A stretch of 64,000 nt of DNA from Rhynchobatus australiae. Its lineage: Eukaryota. The position numbers and the translations under genes are program-made. The notes beneath the pieces are model-generated. The model saw only the letters and a program-made list of their open reading frames with translations. It searched no databases and had not been told where the DNA came from. The first letter of the stretch is position 1. The number at the start of each line of letters is the position of its first letter. This document shows positions 50,021 to 62,800 of this stretch, piece after piece. The DNA is taken from the NCBI GenBank assembly GCA_034780895.1, contig JAUZTB010000094.1:2965297-3029296 (forward strand), written 5' to 3'.

Positions 50021-53000
50021 TACATCCTACACACAAGAATATTTTATGTATACATATATTGATGATTACCAAATTGATATACAAATACCATTAAGTTCAT
50101 TCCTCTGAGAAATGTCCCCAATTAGGACATTAAAAATGAATCAGGGTGAGTTAGAAATACTGGAAGAATAAACATTAATGTACTTCTTTTAATGCATACT
50201 TGGATTCTCTATAGTTTAGTCAAAGGTCAAAACTAGTCATATTTGGAGAAAATATCATTGTAGGTGTTTCTCTGCAGTATAGGCTGAGATACTTCAAGAT
50301 GCAACAGCATCACAACTGGTAGCATGGTACTATATAGCAAGATTCTATAGGAATTTATAATCAAAGACAGAAGTTCTCACATAAATGTTACATTAAATAT
50401 GAGATAAATATTTTGAATTAAGAATCCAGAAGTGAAAATCATTAACATATCAATAGATTTATATTTGGAGGCTTTCTCTGGTTTCCAATGATAGTTTAGG
50501 AAGTGTTTGAATTATCTACTTTAGTTATTATCCTCACAGCATTAATTACAGGAGCTTAAAACATGCAGTCTTCATGAAAACAAGATTAGGAAATGGACAC
50601 AAAAGATCCCATGGCAATATTTAAAGAACAGAAATTAGTCCCATTGTTCTGGCCAATATTTAAGCCTCTGCCAAAATCACAAATGAAAACAGGTTATCCA
50701 ATCATTACCACATTAATCTTAGTTTACACAAAGTAGACTTCCGCATTTCCTAAATTTACTTTAGAAAGAAATGCATTCTAACATTAAAGCATTGAGACAT
50801 CCCTGGGTTGTCTCTCTTAGTTGGGGCAATACCTACTATGCAATATTTACTTCTATGCACATCCTCCACCTTCCAATGTACCAGTTTCAAGAGTATAGTA
50901 AGATGCCATTTGGCCCATTGAGTCTGTACCACATCCTTTCAAAAGAGCTTGGCAGTCTCAGTTGTTCCCCACCTATGTGCAATTTCTCTCCAAGTATTTA
51001 CCCCTTTCCCTTTTGAAAGGGATTAATGAATCTTTTTCCATTTTTCACATCAAGCAGGGCACATCTTGCTTAGCCACTTATTGTATACAAAGATATTTTT
51101 CCTCTCATCTTCTCTGGCATTATTTATAACATCTTAAGTTGGCTTGAATTCTCAGTCTCCACCTCTTGCTTGGCAGCCAAGCCACAAAGTCAGAGGACAT
51201 GCTCCAGCAGTGGCCAGGTTTAGTTTCACACATTAACCACATTTTCTGCAGTGGCTGAATGGTGTTCACTGGCGATCAGGTGTTCACTGACAAATCTCAT
51301 CCAAAGTGATTTGCACTGTAGCTCCCAAAATGTTGCCATCATCTACCAAGCTCATCTGTTCTGCATTTTCCTGCAAAATTGAGACTTGACAGATTTGCAA
51401 CTGCAGAAAGGTCAAATCAACCTGCTTTGATATGTTAGCTATCAACCGAGCAATATCAAATGGAAATATAAAATGACTACCTGTTCAAAAAGAAAAGCTG
51501 ACAGTCAGATGGCAACCTTATAGAGTATTATTGTCCTCCAGCATTCTCATTCCTGGCAACGTTATACAGGCAATGCACCAATGTGCAAAGACAAAAAGCA
51601 AAAGTATAAATATTGCATATTCAGATCATTCAGAAAATAAAAAGACGCCTTCTGGAGCCCCTTGTAGTGGATTTACTTTATTCTAAACTGAAGATGTTAA
51701 TTGAACAGATATTGACATGTTGTGACATGAATTTGCAATAAATAACAAAATTAAATGTTCTTTTCTGACTTCCTACATGGCCACTTATGAAGATTTTTTG
51801 GGGCATTGATTTCAATTCTATACAAGAACAAAGCAAAGATTATGAACAAGAGCAGGACAAGTTGAACCCTGCTATCTTTTCTTCACTGTCACAGCCATAT
51901 TTTACCGTCCTCCTATCCGGTGGAGTACATCTGAATGCAGCTCAAAGCAGATGAATTCAAGCAATGTTAGGAATAATCATCAAGCAAAATGGGGATAGGA
52001 CCATGATTTTAATCCAAGCTATAGATGGAGCCAATCCTCTGACCCTGGCTCAAGCAATGATTCAACTTGACTCCAGAAGAGCCAGTATAAGCAGGTCAAT
52101 ACAAACTAGTGGATTTCATATGCGAAGTAGAAACCCAAAGTGTCTAGGATCACTGCTAAACGTTGTTCATTATTTAGAACTCTACTTTTAAATCCACTGA
52201 AAATGATGTGATTAAAAACAGAAAATGCAAGACAGAGAAATATTGCAATGCACGCACAAGCATCCAACAGAAGTACAATTATTTCCCCCATTTGTTCAGC
52301 AAGAGACATTGTCTTGTGCATTACATTAGCTGTAGATAAGAAAGTGGGTGTCCTTCACCCAGCCTTTTACTTATACTGCTCTGAAACTGGTGCTGCTGGC
52401 ACACATAAGATGTTGGGGACAAATCCTTGAGCCATCCCTCTATATTTCCAATGTGAGGAAGTAGTTAATCTCAGTCCAGCTCCTTCCCTCAGTGACATGG
52501 CTATATAAGGAGGAAGGAGGGCAAGTTTGCAGATACAAACTGCTATCCTCTTCCTATGTGGAGTTACCCGTTTCCCCTCACCAATTTAAATCTTTCACAG
52601 TTGTGTCTGTATTTAGCATGTAGGATAAGACAGTGAACCATAATTGAATCTGCCAGGTGTTTCTGTAGGATGCCTCCCACAAAATCTAATGTATAAATTA
52701 GCATGGTGAATTAAGTCATCCAATATGCACGAGTGACAGTCAAAGGGTCTTCTCAAGACCAAAAGCAAAGAGTACTTGCTAAACTGCCTAGATTTTTCTG
52801 AATGCTTAAGACTAAAAAACCCTTAATGAATAATTACTAATGTCAGGAGTTAAAACATTAACTGACAACATATATACTAGTTATACACTATGGAGAAAGT
52901 GCTTTTTTAAAAATGTTATCACAATGTGGATTAAAAAATCTACAATTTACACAATTAAACAAGATACAAAAGAACACTGGGAGCTTAGGTTATATAAAAG

Positions 53001-53824
53001 TTAATTAGAAAATAATATTACATGCAGCCCAATGGAGAAACACAATTAAAGATACATGTCTTCCAAGTCCACTTGGCTCCTTCAAAAAGAATGTGAACTC
53101 ACCATTTCTGGTCCTGAATCAGTTTTAATCCCAACAATACACGTGACAACACCACTGTACATTCATTTTAATATATAGTTTGTAGTATTTACACAGTGTT
53201 CACCAACTGTACCAACTAGAGGGTACCAACAGTAAACATTTGCAGATTCTCAATAAATGATAACTTTTCATAAACATCAGACATCATTGACAGTTGGTAT
53301 CTACAATAATAACTTATCAGTTCAAAAATGGACAAAATGGGTTTATGGGGCCTTTGAAACACATCTTGAATTGCTTTAGATTTTGGAATTTTTGGCAGCA
53401 ATTAACTAATCTTGGAAGTTGGCCACTATGTTGTGAAATTTCAGGGATTCTCAAAACAGTAAAGTTTTACCTGTATTTTAAGACCAAGGTTTACCGAAGA
53501 CTCATGTGCCAAATTTCTCACTGTTGGTGTTGGCCCTATAAATACTTCCCCACAAAGAGCATTTTCAATACTGCTCACTGACTGATAGAAATCTCACCAT
53601 CNNNNNNNNNNNNNNNNNNNNNNNNNNNNNNNNNNNNNNNNNNNNNNNNNNNNNNNNNNNNNNNNNNNNNNNNNNNNNNNNNNNNNNNNNNNNNNNNNNN
53701 NCTAACATTTTTACTTTTATTTTTCTTATTATCATAAGTAGTTATTAATAAAGTAGTTTTTAACACTTATACATGACTTGGTATGTTTCTTTTGTTGCTG
53801 GTTCATAACACCTATCTGCCACTC

Positions 53825-53997
53825 CAATTATTGACTCTCCTACAAACAAAAGATTACCCTTTGTCTTCTGCTCCCATTCAACAGCCTTATACTCAATCCT
53901 GCTTGCAAAGAAATCTATCTGTCATTGCAATTATTGACTCACGCAAACACAAGATTACCCTTTTGTCTTCTGCTTGCACTCAACAACCTTCTACTCA
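53825..53997. repeat. Imperfect direct repeat, 2 x ~70 bp
   Basis: caattattgactc...caaacaaaagattaccctttgtcttctgct...tcaaca.cctt.tactca at ~53825 and ~53928. Confidence 0.8.
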
Positions 53998-55746
53998 TAG
54001 GTGTATTGCACTGAGTTAATAGTGCCAGTTTGTTCTCCATTAAACCTGAACTGCATTTACTTCATGTGTTATCAGTCACGTAACTTTTGTTCTGATCGAG
54101 CACACCCAGCAAAGTGTGGCTAAGGATTGGAGCAAGTTGTTTATAGACTCTTATCCTTTCTCATTCCAGATAACGTCTAACTTGCACTCAAATTCAAATA
54201 CTCTGAGTAGAACAGATTCAAAGCTTAGACATCATTGGAGATGTGTTTGGTTAGACCAAACTTCTGCTTACTTCAGTCCAGGCACACACATGACTCCACC
54301 ATAGCTTAGACCACCTTTCATTCTTGATTATTTTTTGACTTTGGTATTTAACTGTTAGCGAACACCAAAACACAAACATTAATACCAAAATTGCCAACCT
54401 ACGAGGGCATTAATACTGAATCCTAAGTTTTTTGCTGCATTTCATGTTTCTAATCTATGTGTAATTATAAGACTTCCCCTCCCTCTTTTTCCTTTTGCCA
54501 ATTTTCTATCCTCATCTTTCTCACTCGAAGGTACAGACACAATGTGGTCAAGGTGCATTCAGGTATTTTCATTTAGGAGCCCAGCTGAGTCAGATTTTAT
54601 GCTCAACAGCCACAGGCATCTTCACAGGGATACACGGATAATACGCTTTAATGCACATTTATACTGTTCGTGACTAAAATGTATTTTAGTCAAATCACAT
54701 ACATACACATTTACATATATATCATCTATATAGTGGGATTTTGTATGAATGTGTATTTATATTTTCTCTGGATTGGTTTTGCAACTTAAAGCAGCAGACA
54801 CCCCCAAAATCCTCTGATTGACAATGAGCTAGTACAATGGGGTATCTGACAGATGAGCATCCTAGCCAGATGTCAAAATGGCATGGCAATATACAAGTGC
54901 TGAGCTTCAACCTTCCAATAATGCAACATCATATGATAAGAAACCAGCAATTCTTTCTCCACAGCTTCTGCTGCAATTTACAGACCAACACCCAGTTTCC
55001 ACGACCTAGGCACTAAATGAAATCTATATGTATAACATATTCATTTCACAAGCTTGCATAACAATTACCTGCACATTCTAGCTTCACTTTAATATCCTTG
55101 GTGGTTACAGTGACCGTTTATGGCGAATGTGTATTAATTTTATTTCTGAAAACACTTTTTGTAGTCCATCTACTGAGGACTTGTACAGTTTTGAAATAAA
55201 AATATAGTAAATGTATGATCAGTTAAATGCATTGATCAGAAAAAATCTATTTGTAAAAAAAAACATAGAAGAAAACATGTTAATTGATGACTTGAGAAAA
55301 GAGGCAGAGGGCATGTTTAATTATTAAAATACTTTAAACTAAATGCACAAGACTCTCTCAAAAAACTTTTCTATACACATTTGCTTAGAAATGGGATGGA
55401 TACAGAAATTCTTTTTGCAAATATTAGAATACTTATACTTAGCAAAGTAGGGATATTGCTTTTCATTCCCAGTAATTACCCCAAATGTAATTTCTGAATA
55501 AAAAGGAAAAGAAAATTTGTGGCACAGGATCACTGTTTAAAATTTTTAAAAAATACATCTGTAATCAACCAAAAGAAGTGAGAATCTAACAATGTTAAGG
55601 GGATGGGGAAGTTTACTCACTTTCTCAATTAATTGTTTGTTTTGACAGAGCCCATCAACCTATTATTGTTCTTGTAGCAGATGTTTATATTCAATATAGG
55701 TAGAGGAAGCCTTGCCATCAATACCTCTTGTAAAAAATATAATTGT

Positions 55747-55752
55747 TTTATT
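55747..55752 (-). terminator. Candidate polyadenylation signal (AATAAA) for copy C
   Basis: Plus-strand TTTATT in the context ttgttttattgtt, the same local context as 13719. Other AATAAA hexamers exist nearby. Confidence 0.25.
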
Positions 55753-56824
55753 GTTTGACATAACTAATACAATTTGAACTTGAGTACTCAAATCTGAGAA
55801 ATTCTGGAGCAAGACAGTTTGAAAGAACTTAATGATTATCAGTAACTGCCATCATTAATCCAAGATGCTTCAGTGATCTTACTTCCAAATGCCCTCATCC
55901 TAAGTTAGCCCCATGATGTTGCCCAGTTCACTGCTGCATTTAAAGGAAGGCAGCCATTATGTATTAGATTTGCATTGTCCTCCCTCTGTGGGTGAAACCG
56001 TCCTATTTATCTCATTTGTGCTACAAAACAGTTTCACCAAGAGGGAGAAAGGGGAGCCATGGTGCCATTTTCTGCACATTCCAATTTCTGCTCCAACCAC
56101 AATCAAAGCAGTAGAGGATTATTTTTGGGTGAGTGGGATGGAGGAGAGAAAGAGGGTATTTACTTATATTTTTATTTAAAAAATCCTGGCTTAAAAAAGT
56201 GATTTAAAAAAAAATCAATGCTTGAAAAGGCACAATGCTCTTTAAGCGCATGTACACGTGTTTTTAGAAAGCATTTTTGATGTTGATTGGAACCAATTTT
56301 ACATGAGCAAGCAAAGCAGCCATAGTTGCAGAGAAAAACCTATCCCCACTGCTGCAGCAGTAGGAGAGCTTGAGTTGGTGTGGGCATTGCAATGCGCTGT
56401 CAAAGACTTTGCTTTCATTAGGCACCAGAGCTTACAATGTGAGCAAATCAAAAATCAAGGTTTCTGCTGACACCAAACGTTCAAAGAATTCAAAAACACG
56501 AGTTGTATTTAATCTTTTCCCCCCAGAAAAAACATTTGCGACATATATAATGGCAAACTGAAGCATGTTTCAACTTCCATTTGCTACTGTTGCTGAGGTA
56601 CAATTCTGCGCAGACTGTACTCCTGGTGAGTTCAACAGCAACTACTATTTGAGACAGGAAAAAAAATTCTCATTATTTCATTTTTGTTTTGTTTTTGCAA
56701 AAGGGTTCGTGATGGTGAGACTCCCTCTTTGAGAATCATACTTGACTCAGTTTTTGCAATTGCCCTGGGAAGCAATAAGAAATAGAAATCTTCTGTAAAG
56801 ATTCAAACGAAATGTCTTCTAATC

Positions 56825-58471
56825 TCAACTCTCCTCTGCACGACAGAGGAACCTCATACTCTGTGATGCATTTGGATAACTGACCATTTGAGTGGTGGTA
56901 TAACTCATGGCAATGCCTGGGAGCGATTGCGTAACTGCCACTGGTGCAACTGAGATGGCAATTGGTGCTATTGAAACTGGTGAAGCCATCCCCTGGGCAT
57001 AAGGTGTAGAGAGAGCAGCACTAAGATGGGGTGGACTTTGGGATGTAGCTTCAGAACACAAAGCATTATGAGCTCTAGCTTGCGCTATTAATTCTTGATG
57101 AGAAATAGGCTGTGATCTCAAGGTCTGGTTGCTAAGAGTGGTGTGAGTCTCCACTATGCTATGATTATAATTGGCAAGAGTGTGCATAGTTGGTGGTTGT
57201 GATGGATCATTTCCTGTGGTCAGGATGCCCAGCTTCACTTGCTTGCGTAGATCAGCATTTTGTTCCAGAAGAACCTCATTTGTAATCATTAGGCTTGACA
57301 CCTGCTTCTTAAGCTCTTCATTGCGCTTTCTGAGCATATGGTTTTCCTCTTCCAGAAAACTCATTTCAACTGGACGCAGATTGGACGTACTGTAATCAAA
57401 TACTTCAAACCGCAGGCCCTCCATTCTTTTTCTTTTTGGATTTTGATCATAATCACATTTCTCAGTCTCATACAGGTCATCCAAACGGTCATATCTGCAG
57501 ATCTCAGGAGAAGCTTCTCTATTTTGTGACAATTTTTCTGTGCTTTTCTTATCGTTGTCATCACGTTTCAAGTGCTGGAATTTACACTTGGACCCTCTTC
57601 GACATTTGCCTTTTAGAAAGTCACGGCAGAATGGGACTTCCTTTGTAATAAGAGGCAAATTAGAGGGTGAAAGCCCAAAAGTCACAGCCACTGTCTTTTG
57701 CAAGTGGGCAGGAAGCTTTCCTGTTTTATTGTAATAATTCTCTTCACCCTTTGTCCCGTGAATGAACGTGCAGTTCTCACGGGTGCATTTGCTATTCTGA
57801 AAGTACTGACAAAAGATAGACTCATGCCGCATATCACCTACATCATAGGCTTCAACATTGTCCGGGTGAAAGTACCTGCAATTCTTACCACGACTGCAGA
57901 CATTGCGCAGAAAGTCTCGACAAACATTCCGTTTGCTCTTGCTAGCGTCATGTTTGCTATTATTGACTAAATTATCAGCATCATTACTTAGGTCAGCATG
58001 GTTGGAGACCTCAATATCATCTGGGTGAAAATATCTGCAATTCTTACCACGATTGCAGAGATTGCGCAGAAAGTCTCGGCAAATGTTCAGTTTGCTTTTG
58101 CCAGCCTCATCATTGCCAACGTTGACTAAATTATCAATGTCGTTCCTTATGTCAGCGAGTTCAGAAGCCTCAATGTCATCTGGATGGAAATACCTGCAAT
58201 TCTTACCACGGCTGCAGACATTGCGCAGAAAGTCTCGGCAAATGTTCTGTTTGTTTTTACCAGCTTCATCGTTAGCAATGTTGACTAAATTATCAGTGTC
58301 GTTCCTTATGTCGGCAAGGTCGGAGGCCTCAACATTGTCGGGGTGGAAGTACCTGCAATTCTTACCACGGGTGCAGACATTGCGCAGAAAGTCTCGGCAA
58401 ACATTCCGTTTGCTCTTGCCAGGCTCATATTTGCTGCTGTTGACTAAATTATCAGTGTCGTTCTCGGACAT
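56825..58471 (-). CDS. zc3h10: ZC3H10-like CCCH zinc-finger protein, copy C (548 aa; 4x finger 1, finger 2, finger 3, coiled coil, S/T/P/A-rich C-terminus)
   Basis: Open 548-aa frame: four CRDFLRNxCxRGKNCRYFH fingers, FCQYFQNSKCTRENCTFIHG, FCRDFLKGKCRRGSKCKFQH, PKRKRMEG, LEEENHMLRKRNEELKKQVSSLMITNEVLLEQNA, and C-terminal TTQMVSYPNASQSMR typical of ZC3H10. Acceptor AG at 58521-58520. Confidence 0.93.
   Translation of the reverse strand: MSENDTDNLVNSSKYEPGKSKRNVCRDFLRNVCTRGKNCRYFHPDNVEASDLADIRNDTDNLVNIANDEAGKNKQNICRDFLRNVCSRGKNCRYFHPDDIEASELADIRNDIDNLVNVGNDEAGKSKLNICRDFLRNLCNRGKNCRYFHPDDIEVSNHADLSNDADNLVNNSKHDASKSKRNVCRDFLRNVCSRGKNCRYFHPDNVEAYDVGDMRHESIFCQYFQNSKCTRENCTFIHGTKGEENYYNKTGKLPAHLQKTVAVTFGLSPSNLPLITKEVPFCRDFLKGKCRRGSKCKFQHLKRDDNDKKSTEKLSQNREASPEICRYDRLDDLYETEKCDYDQNPKRKRMEGLRFEVFDYSTSNLRPVEMSFLEEENHMLRKRNEELKKQVSSLMITNEVLLEQNADLRKQVKLGILTTGNDPSQPPTMHTLANYNHSIVETHTTLSNQTLRSQPISHQELIAQARAHNALCSEATSQSPPHLSAALSTPYAQGMASPVSIAPIAISVAPVAVTQSLPGIAMSYTTTQMVSYPNASQSMRFLCRAEES
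57827..58462 (-). repeat. Coding tandem repeat, 4 x 159 bp (53 aa), each with one CCCH finger
   Basis: Motif ttgactaaattatca recurs at ~57963, 58122, 58281 and 58440 (period 159). Peptide unit NDxDNLVN...CRDFLRNxCxRGKNCRYFHPD. Confidence 0.95.
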
Positions 58472-58540
58472 GCTTCCAGATTATTTCTGCGCTACTCAGC
58501 CAAGGCTCTCAATAAACAACTGTAAAAGAAAAAGAAGCCA
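58472..58540 (-). promoter_or_regulatory. Splice acceptor and 48-nt leader of copy C exon
   Basis: Minus strand ttctttttcttttacag|ttgttt...gcgcagaaataatct...ATG, sharing ccttggct and agcgcagaaataatct with copy A. Confidence 0.8.
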
Positions 58541-59675
58541 GGTCTTTTACAATGAATAAGAGATTAATCTACAAAGTAATTTAGGTTAATCCCTTTCTCA
58601 CAAAATATTGCAGATGCACCTACATTGTCAATTCATTACAAAATACTTACTGGAAAGTATTAGCGGAACATCAAGGTTCACATTAAAAACCATAAAGGGA
58701 TAAGCAGTACTAAGTCTGTTTTTTGGGTTACTTTTAATATCACAGATACCATTGCTTTGTTTTTTTCTGAAAAAGACACCAGCATAATATGTAAACATGC
58801 CTTCTTGATTATTACACTCCAGATAGGACACACTTGGAAAAAAAAATGGAATTCATCCTGCAAGTGATTTTTATAGGAATTTGTAAATGCAAGGAGTTAG
58901 AATCAGCACTAGAAACAAATGACTGAAGAAACATGTTAAAAGAAGATTAAGAAGGTGCTGATTTAGCTCACCAGATTCAGTCTACCACAATTAAAAAGGT
59001 ACCATAAGTATTGGGTAAATGTATACTGAAAAGCCAATCTTTGACTTTTCACAGAATTCCACAACAGAAGTNNNNNNNNNNNNNNNNNNNNNNNNNNNNN
59101 NNNNNNNNNNNNNNNNNNNNNNNNNNNNNNNNNNNNNNNNNNNNNNNNNNNNNNNNNNNNNNNNNNNNNNNNNNNNNNNNNNNNNNNNNNNNNNNNNNNN
59201 NNNNNNNNNNNNNNNNNNNNNNNNNNNNNNNNNNNNNNNNNNNNNNNNNNNNNNNNNNNNNNNNNNNNNNNNNNNNNNNNNNNNNNNNNNNNNNNNNNNN
59301 NNNNNNNNNNNNNNNNNNNNNNNNNNNNNNNNNNNNNNNNNNNNNNNNNNNNNNNNNNNNNNNNNNNNNNNNNNNNNNNNNNNNNNNNNNNNNNNNNNNN
59401 NNNNNNNNNNNNNNNNNNNNNNNNNNNNNNNNNNNNNNNNNNNNNNNNNNNNNNNNNNNNNNNNNNNNNNNNNNNNNNNNNNNNNNNNNNNNNNNNNNNN
59501 NNNNNNNNNNNNNNNNNNNNNNNNNNNNNNNNNNNNNNNNNNNNNNNNNNNNNNNNNNNNNNNNNNNNNNNNNNNNNNNNNNNNNNNNNNNNNNNNNNNN
59601 NNNNNNNNNNNNNNNNNNNNNNNNNNNNNNNNNNNNNNNNNNNNNNNNNNNNNNNNNNNNNNNNNNNNNNNNNNN

Positions 59676-59860
59676 TTTCCTCCGGGTGCTCCGGTTTCCT
59701 CCCACATTCCAAAGACATACGGATTAGGAAGTTGTGGGCGTGCTATGTTGGCACCGGAAGCATGGCGACACTTGTGGGCTGCCCCCAGAACACTCTACGC
59801 AGAAGATGCATTTCACTGTGTGTTTTGATGTACATGTGACCAACAAAGAAACCTTGTCTT
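59676..59860 (+). mobile_element. V-SINE 3' part with a different (Rex1-like) tail
   Basis: tttcctccgggtgctccggtttcctcccacattccaaagac V-domain, then ...catttcactgtgtgttttgatgtacatgtgac. The 5' part lies in the gap. Confidence 0.75.
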
Positions 59861-60729
59861 GAAAAACTATGTAATTCTTGGAAATAAAGGCTAGGGGTTC
59901 GAATGCAGTGATCCACATTCCTTTTTCATTGTAATGTTGACTCACATTTACTAATTCCTTTATCACTGTTTATCAAAGATCGCTCTATTTTTATTTTTTC
60001 AGGCTTTTACATTATTGCATCTGATCTCAAACAACACCTACCCATCCCCCACGAATGGCAAAGCAATTCCCAAGAAATTGCATTCCTTTTGTGTTCAAGT
60101 CCTTACCCCTCTTAAATCTTCAGGAAAATCATGTGTATCCAACAACTTTAGAGTACTGATCCCATATTTCAAAAGGAAAGTAGTAGCTGGTTCTTCTGGC
60201 ACTTTTCTAAATATGATGCAAAAAAAAAAGCGTGCTATTTGGTGGTTAAGAGAATTGACACTCATTTACGTTTATTTAATAAACATCAAAATTTAGATTG
60301 ATGTACTCTTCTGAGCAACTTCTCTTGCCTCTCCAAGACTCCTACACAGTCTTCCTACATCCTCACTGAGAGAAGTCAAAACTCATTCCACTATTCTTTA
60401 CTTTAATTAATTCTTCTCAGGGCCTCCAAATCAAAGAACTTGTTACCTCACTTTCTGATCTAATTATCACTTTCTAGTTTGGCAGATCTTATGACCTCAA
60501 TCTTTTTTGGCATTTTCTAGAAAAGGATGAGTATCGAAGTTTCTCCATTGTGTAAAAAAAATTCAGATATAAGGTGTAGGAGGTCACTATTCAGCCCATT
60601 GTGTCCTTGCTATCCAAAGGAGGACATTAGGACATCAGTTCCCAACTTTCAGTCCAAAGTCTTGCCCATCAAGTGCTCATCCAGATACCTTTTAAATGTT
60701 TGGAGGGTTTCTGCCTCTATCACCCTTGA

Positions 60730-61828
60730 GCCATAACATATTTGGATTTCCAAAAGATGTTCGACAAGATGCCACACAAAATCAGATAAGAGCTTATGGT
60801 ATTGGAGGTAATATATCTGCATCAAGTAAGGGTCATTTTTCAGGTTGGGAATCTGGAACCATTGGAGGGACACAGGGATCAGTGATGACACAGTTGTTTA
60901 CAACATATATTAATGATTAAGAATACTGCACAGAAACAGACCCTTCAGCCCCCCTTATCCATGCTGAAAAGTTTTTTTTGAGGAAAATAGTAAATACACC
61001 AAGGGTAAATTTGTAAATGATAAAGAATGTGGAAAGACAAGCTGCGAGGAAGATACAGAGTTTACTAGAATATATTGATACAAAAAGTAGGCAAAAGGAT
61101 GCCAAATTAAGTATAATACGAGGAATGTAAAAATCGTTCACTTTGGAAGGAAGAATAATTAAACAGATTATTATTCAAATGGGGAAAGCCTGCAGTACAA
61201 AGGGATTTGAGGGTCCTTGAACATGAAACACAGAAGGCCAGTGTAGAGGTGCAGCAGGTAATCAGGAAGGTTGATGGAATACTAGCTTGTATTTCAAGGG
61301 GCTTGAAGTACAAAAGTCAGGAAGTCTAACCACAGCTGTAGAAGGCACCAGTGAAACCATATCTAGATTAATGTTCAGTTTTGGTCCCCTTAGATAAGGT
61401 ATATTACCATTAGAGGCAGTTCAAAGGAGCTTCACCAAGATGATCCTGGGAGCAGAGGGATTGTTTTATGGGGAAAGATTGAAGAGGTTCGGTCCACTCA
61501 TTGGCNNNNNNNNNNNNNNNNNNNNNNNNNNNNNNNNNNNNNNNNNNNNNNNNNNNNNNNNNNNNNNNNNNNNNNNNNNNNNNNNNNNNNNNNNNNNNNN
61601 NNNNNGAAGAGGTTCGGTCCACTCATTGGCATTTAGAAGAATGAGAGGCAATCTTATTGAAGTATCTAAGGTTCTTAGAAAGGTTGGAATAATTTATCTC
61701 ACATGGGAGAGTCTCGGATCAGAGGGCATAGTCTTAGATAAGAGGACTGGACAAAAGTTGGATTAGTCATGATTTTATTGAATAGTGGAGCAAGCTCAAG
61801 GAGCTGAATGACCTATTTCTTATGGTCT
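60730..61828 (+). mobile_element. CR1-clade LINE fragment
   Basis: YLDFQKMFDKMPH, TQGSVMTQLFTTYIND, SLAFRRMRGNLIEVSKVL; 3' tail gagctgaatgacctatt. Confidence 0.85.
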
Positions 61829-61829
61829 T

Positions 61830-62800
61830 TCAGGCAATGAATTCCAGACCACCGCCACTTATTGAAGAATTTTTGTTCTTAATTCCCCTCTAACCTTTAT
61901 ACCAATTAATTATCTTAAAGCTATGCCCCCAAGTTATTGGTCTCACTAAGGGAGACACATCCTTTTAGTGTTTACTCTCTCCAGGCCTCCAAGTTTGATA
62001 CATCACACAAAAAAAAACAAAGCACTGAGCCCTGTGGAACGTGATCGTATATTGTCCCCCAGTCATTAAAGTCCTGTCAAACATTAGCCTCTGCCACATT
62101 GCAAACTTTTAATTCAATTGCCACTTTACCTTGGATTCTGTCAGCATATACTTTCTTGATTGATCTGCTCTGTGAGACTTTAATCAAACATCTTTCCAAA
62201 ATCCATTTATATTGCATCAAATGTTCTGCCCTCATCAGCAGGAATCTCCTAAAAAAAATGTAATTAAACTTGTCAGACACACAGCTTCCTTTAACAAATA
62301 CATGCTAAGTGTCCTTGAGTAACTTGGTGCCTCTNNNNNNNNNNNNNNNNNNNNNNNNNNNNNNNNNNNNNNNNNNNNNNNNNNNNNNNNNNNNNNNNNN
62401 NNNNNNNNNNNNNNNNNNNNNNNNNNNNNNNNNNTCTCCAAAAGTTCCAACAACCTGCCCATTGCCAAAGCAACTGACCTGTGGATCTCCTTTCTCCTCA
62501 TTTAAAAAAATATTACTAGAGAGCAACCTTCCAGTCCTCCGTCACCACATGTACAGACAAAGAGCACAAGAAAATTGTAGTCAGAGCCTGCACTATATCC
62601 TCTCCTGCTTCTTTTGAGGACTTGGAATACATTTTATCCAGACCAAACAATTTATCTATTTTTAAAGATGCCAGATGTCTTTAATATGTCCTCACGATAC
62701 TTCACAATGTCAATACCTATATCATACCCCACTTGTCTGAAGACAGATGAAGTATTCTTATACAACTTTACACATCTTCTGTCTTCACACTCAGGCTGCT
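61830..62800 (-). mobile_element. CR1-clade LINE fragment (degenerate)
   Basis: Reverse complement of AVCLTSLI and related RT motifs; ttccagaccaccgccact 3' region. Confidence 0.6.

Noticed and set aside
57827-58462. Regularly spaced repeats resembling a CRISPR-like array
   Set aside because: Eukaryotic in-frame coding repeat with homologous linkers, not unique spacers.
58053-58559. 168-aa plus-strand ORF and other ORFs antisense to the ZC3H10 copies (16755-16937, 16947-17309, 33031-33297)
   Set aside because: Antisense shadows of the real coding frames; the His/Gly-rich peptide at 16755 is the reverse of the MTP repeat.
61481-61630. Direct repeats flanking gaps (also ~36207-36228 and ~47155-47268)
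   Set aside because: Overlapping contig ends around placeholder gaps, not biological repeats or TSDs.
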